DNA of 63,732 bases, the filler included, from Octopus bimaculoides (taxonomy: Eukaryota), in assembly GCF_001194135.2 (NCBI RefSeq). It is 7 parts of 5 records of this genome, joined end to end, with 100 filler letters (N's around TTAATTAATTAA, not from the genome) between each part and the next. Parts side by side here need not be neighbours in the genome. Positions count along the whole stretch, not along the records: positions 60,428 to 62,588 come from NC_068983.1; positions 62,689 to 63,732 come from NC_068981.1; 5 more parts are not named here. The stretch is one strand, 5' to 3'. Numbering within the stretch: position 1 is the stretch's first letter; the number at the start of each line of letters is the position of its first letter. This document shows, piece after piece, positions 62,166 through 63,732 of the stretch. The position numbers and the translations under genes are program-made. The notes below the pieces were generated by a model. That model searched no databases and had not been told where the DNA came from. It saw nothing but the letters and a program-made list of their open reading frames with translations.

Positions 62166-62552
62166 CGTTTGCGTGTGTGTGCAATAATGGATGCGATATC
62201 ATACACAGCAATAGAAATGAAATAGGAATGTATACATTACGCAATGAAAAATAATAGCTATAGTTACGCATACGTACATACATACACGCATATACATACA
62301 TGCAAACATACACACATACCTAGATATGTGCGCACATACCTGCATATATGCGCATATACACGTACAGGGTATCATTACACTGTAAACGCATCAAGACTCA
62401 TAAGGAACTCCTTAATTCGTTTAATCGAGGCATTTATTCACTAAAAGGCCTTTATAACTAATTATGGGGATATATTTGAGATTCATTCTTTCCGTTCATT
62501 TATTTCACAGGTTTATGAGTATGCATATCCCTATATGTACATATATATATAT

Positions 62553-62588
<36 letters not shown>

Positions 62589-62797
62589 NNNNNNNNNNNN
62601 NNNNNNNNNNNNNNNNNNNNNNNNNNNNNNNNTTAATTAATTAANNNNNNNNNNNNNNNNNNNNNNNNNNNNNNNNNNNNNNNNNNNNTGTCTTGAATAG
62701 TTCAGTTAAACGAACGGAAGCGATAAAAAGAATTATCCAAAATTCTGACTGCTTCCTTATTCTCAATATACTATATCTGTAAAACACTTCAAGCATT

Positions 62798-62855
<58 letters not shown>

Positions 62856-63064
62856 ATATATGAGGTGCATTGTAGAGGCCTGGAAACTTTTTTAAGGAGA
62901 AGCAGTTATAAACTGTCCTAGATTACTAGGGAAATTTTATATCATTAGTATACATGTCAAAAGCTGATCTGCTAACTTTTCTTACATCTGATTGCAGGTG
63001 TGGGTTGTAACAGCACTTTGAACACATTCTACTAGACACTGCTTGTCACAGCTGACTAGCAGCG

Positions 63065-63732
63065 ACGGGCAATGATCCATCTGAGGAAACCGAGGCGCAA
63101 GCCAAACCCCGCAAGAACACTCACCAGGTATCGATGGTCGACCCTATCGAAAGCCTTAGCTTGGTATAAATGCACCAAAGCCCCCCCCCTCTGCCAGTCT
63201 TAGCCCCAAACCTCTCTATGGTATAGCGTATAAGGTGGAGATTATCCTGGATGGTCCTACACGGGATGGCACATGTCTGTGCCTCCCCGATCACACCATC
63301 CGTGACACGCGCCAACCTTTTCGCTAGTACCTTGGCCAAAATCTTCACTTCTTTATTTAACAGAGTGATGGGCCTAAAGTTATCTAAACAATCCCCCTTG
63401 CTCGGATCCTTCCTGACTAGTATCACCACTCCTCGGCGCACAGATCTGGGAATAAACCCATTCTGTTGCCAGTTCGCGTACACACAAGCCAACAGGTGTC
63501 CGAGCAAGTCTGGCATACTTTTATATAATTCATAGGGTAGGCCATCGAGTCCCGGCGATTTGCCCCTCCCACAGTTCGCCAACGACTCGATTATCTCCTC
63601 AGTCATGATCGGTCCCTCACAAGCCTCCGCATTCGGCCCCGAGAGGCGTGGCAGCCTGGCAAGGAAGCTCTCGAGGTCTTCCCTACCACGCGGCTCGCCA
63701 TCACCCCCGAAAAGCCGAGCGAAGTGCTCCTG
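63065..63732 (-). mobile_element. L1/Tx1-clade LINE ORF2, reverse transcriptase N-terminal fragment
   Basis: GKSPGLDGLPYELY..NFRPITLLNKEVKILAKVLAKRL..QTCAIP..IQDNL. Frameshift at the G run (63181-63189), then LYQAKAFDRVDH. Confidence 0.92.

Overview
AT-rich, microsatellite-saturated eukaryotic genomic DNA with many assembly gaps. It is very probably octopus (cephalopod), judged from memory of the SINE families; this was not database-checked. No prokaryotic features or CRISPR arrays are present. The window is mostly intron of a minus-strand gene. One exon is clear: 30806-30976, a phase 1-1 canonical Kunitz/BPTI domain missed by the ORF track. A SEA-like exon (6893-7091) and an acidic microexon (21708-21725) are weaker candidates. 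The rest is a dense, nested transposon landscape: three abundant tRNA-derived SINE families (here A, B, C), several decayed Penelope-like elements (RT + GIY-YIG), R4/Dong-like and CRE-like RLE retrotransposons, RTE and L1/Tx1 fragments, Tc1/mariner relics (DD34D, DD37D, DD41D), and piggyBac- and hAT-like MITEs. The most interesting signal is a fourth short element (family D: 7511-7841 and 40895-41089). It joins a tRNA-Ser-like Pol III head and an (AAT)n linker to a Penelope-type tail carrying a minimal type I hammerhead ribozyme fold. One copy is flanked by an inverted fragment that starts at the predicted cleavage site. Related hammerhead relics lie in Penelope terminal repeats elsewhere in the window. 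Coordinates were counted by hand, and the ends of decayed repeats are approximate.
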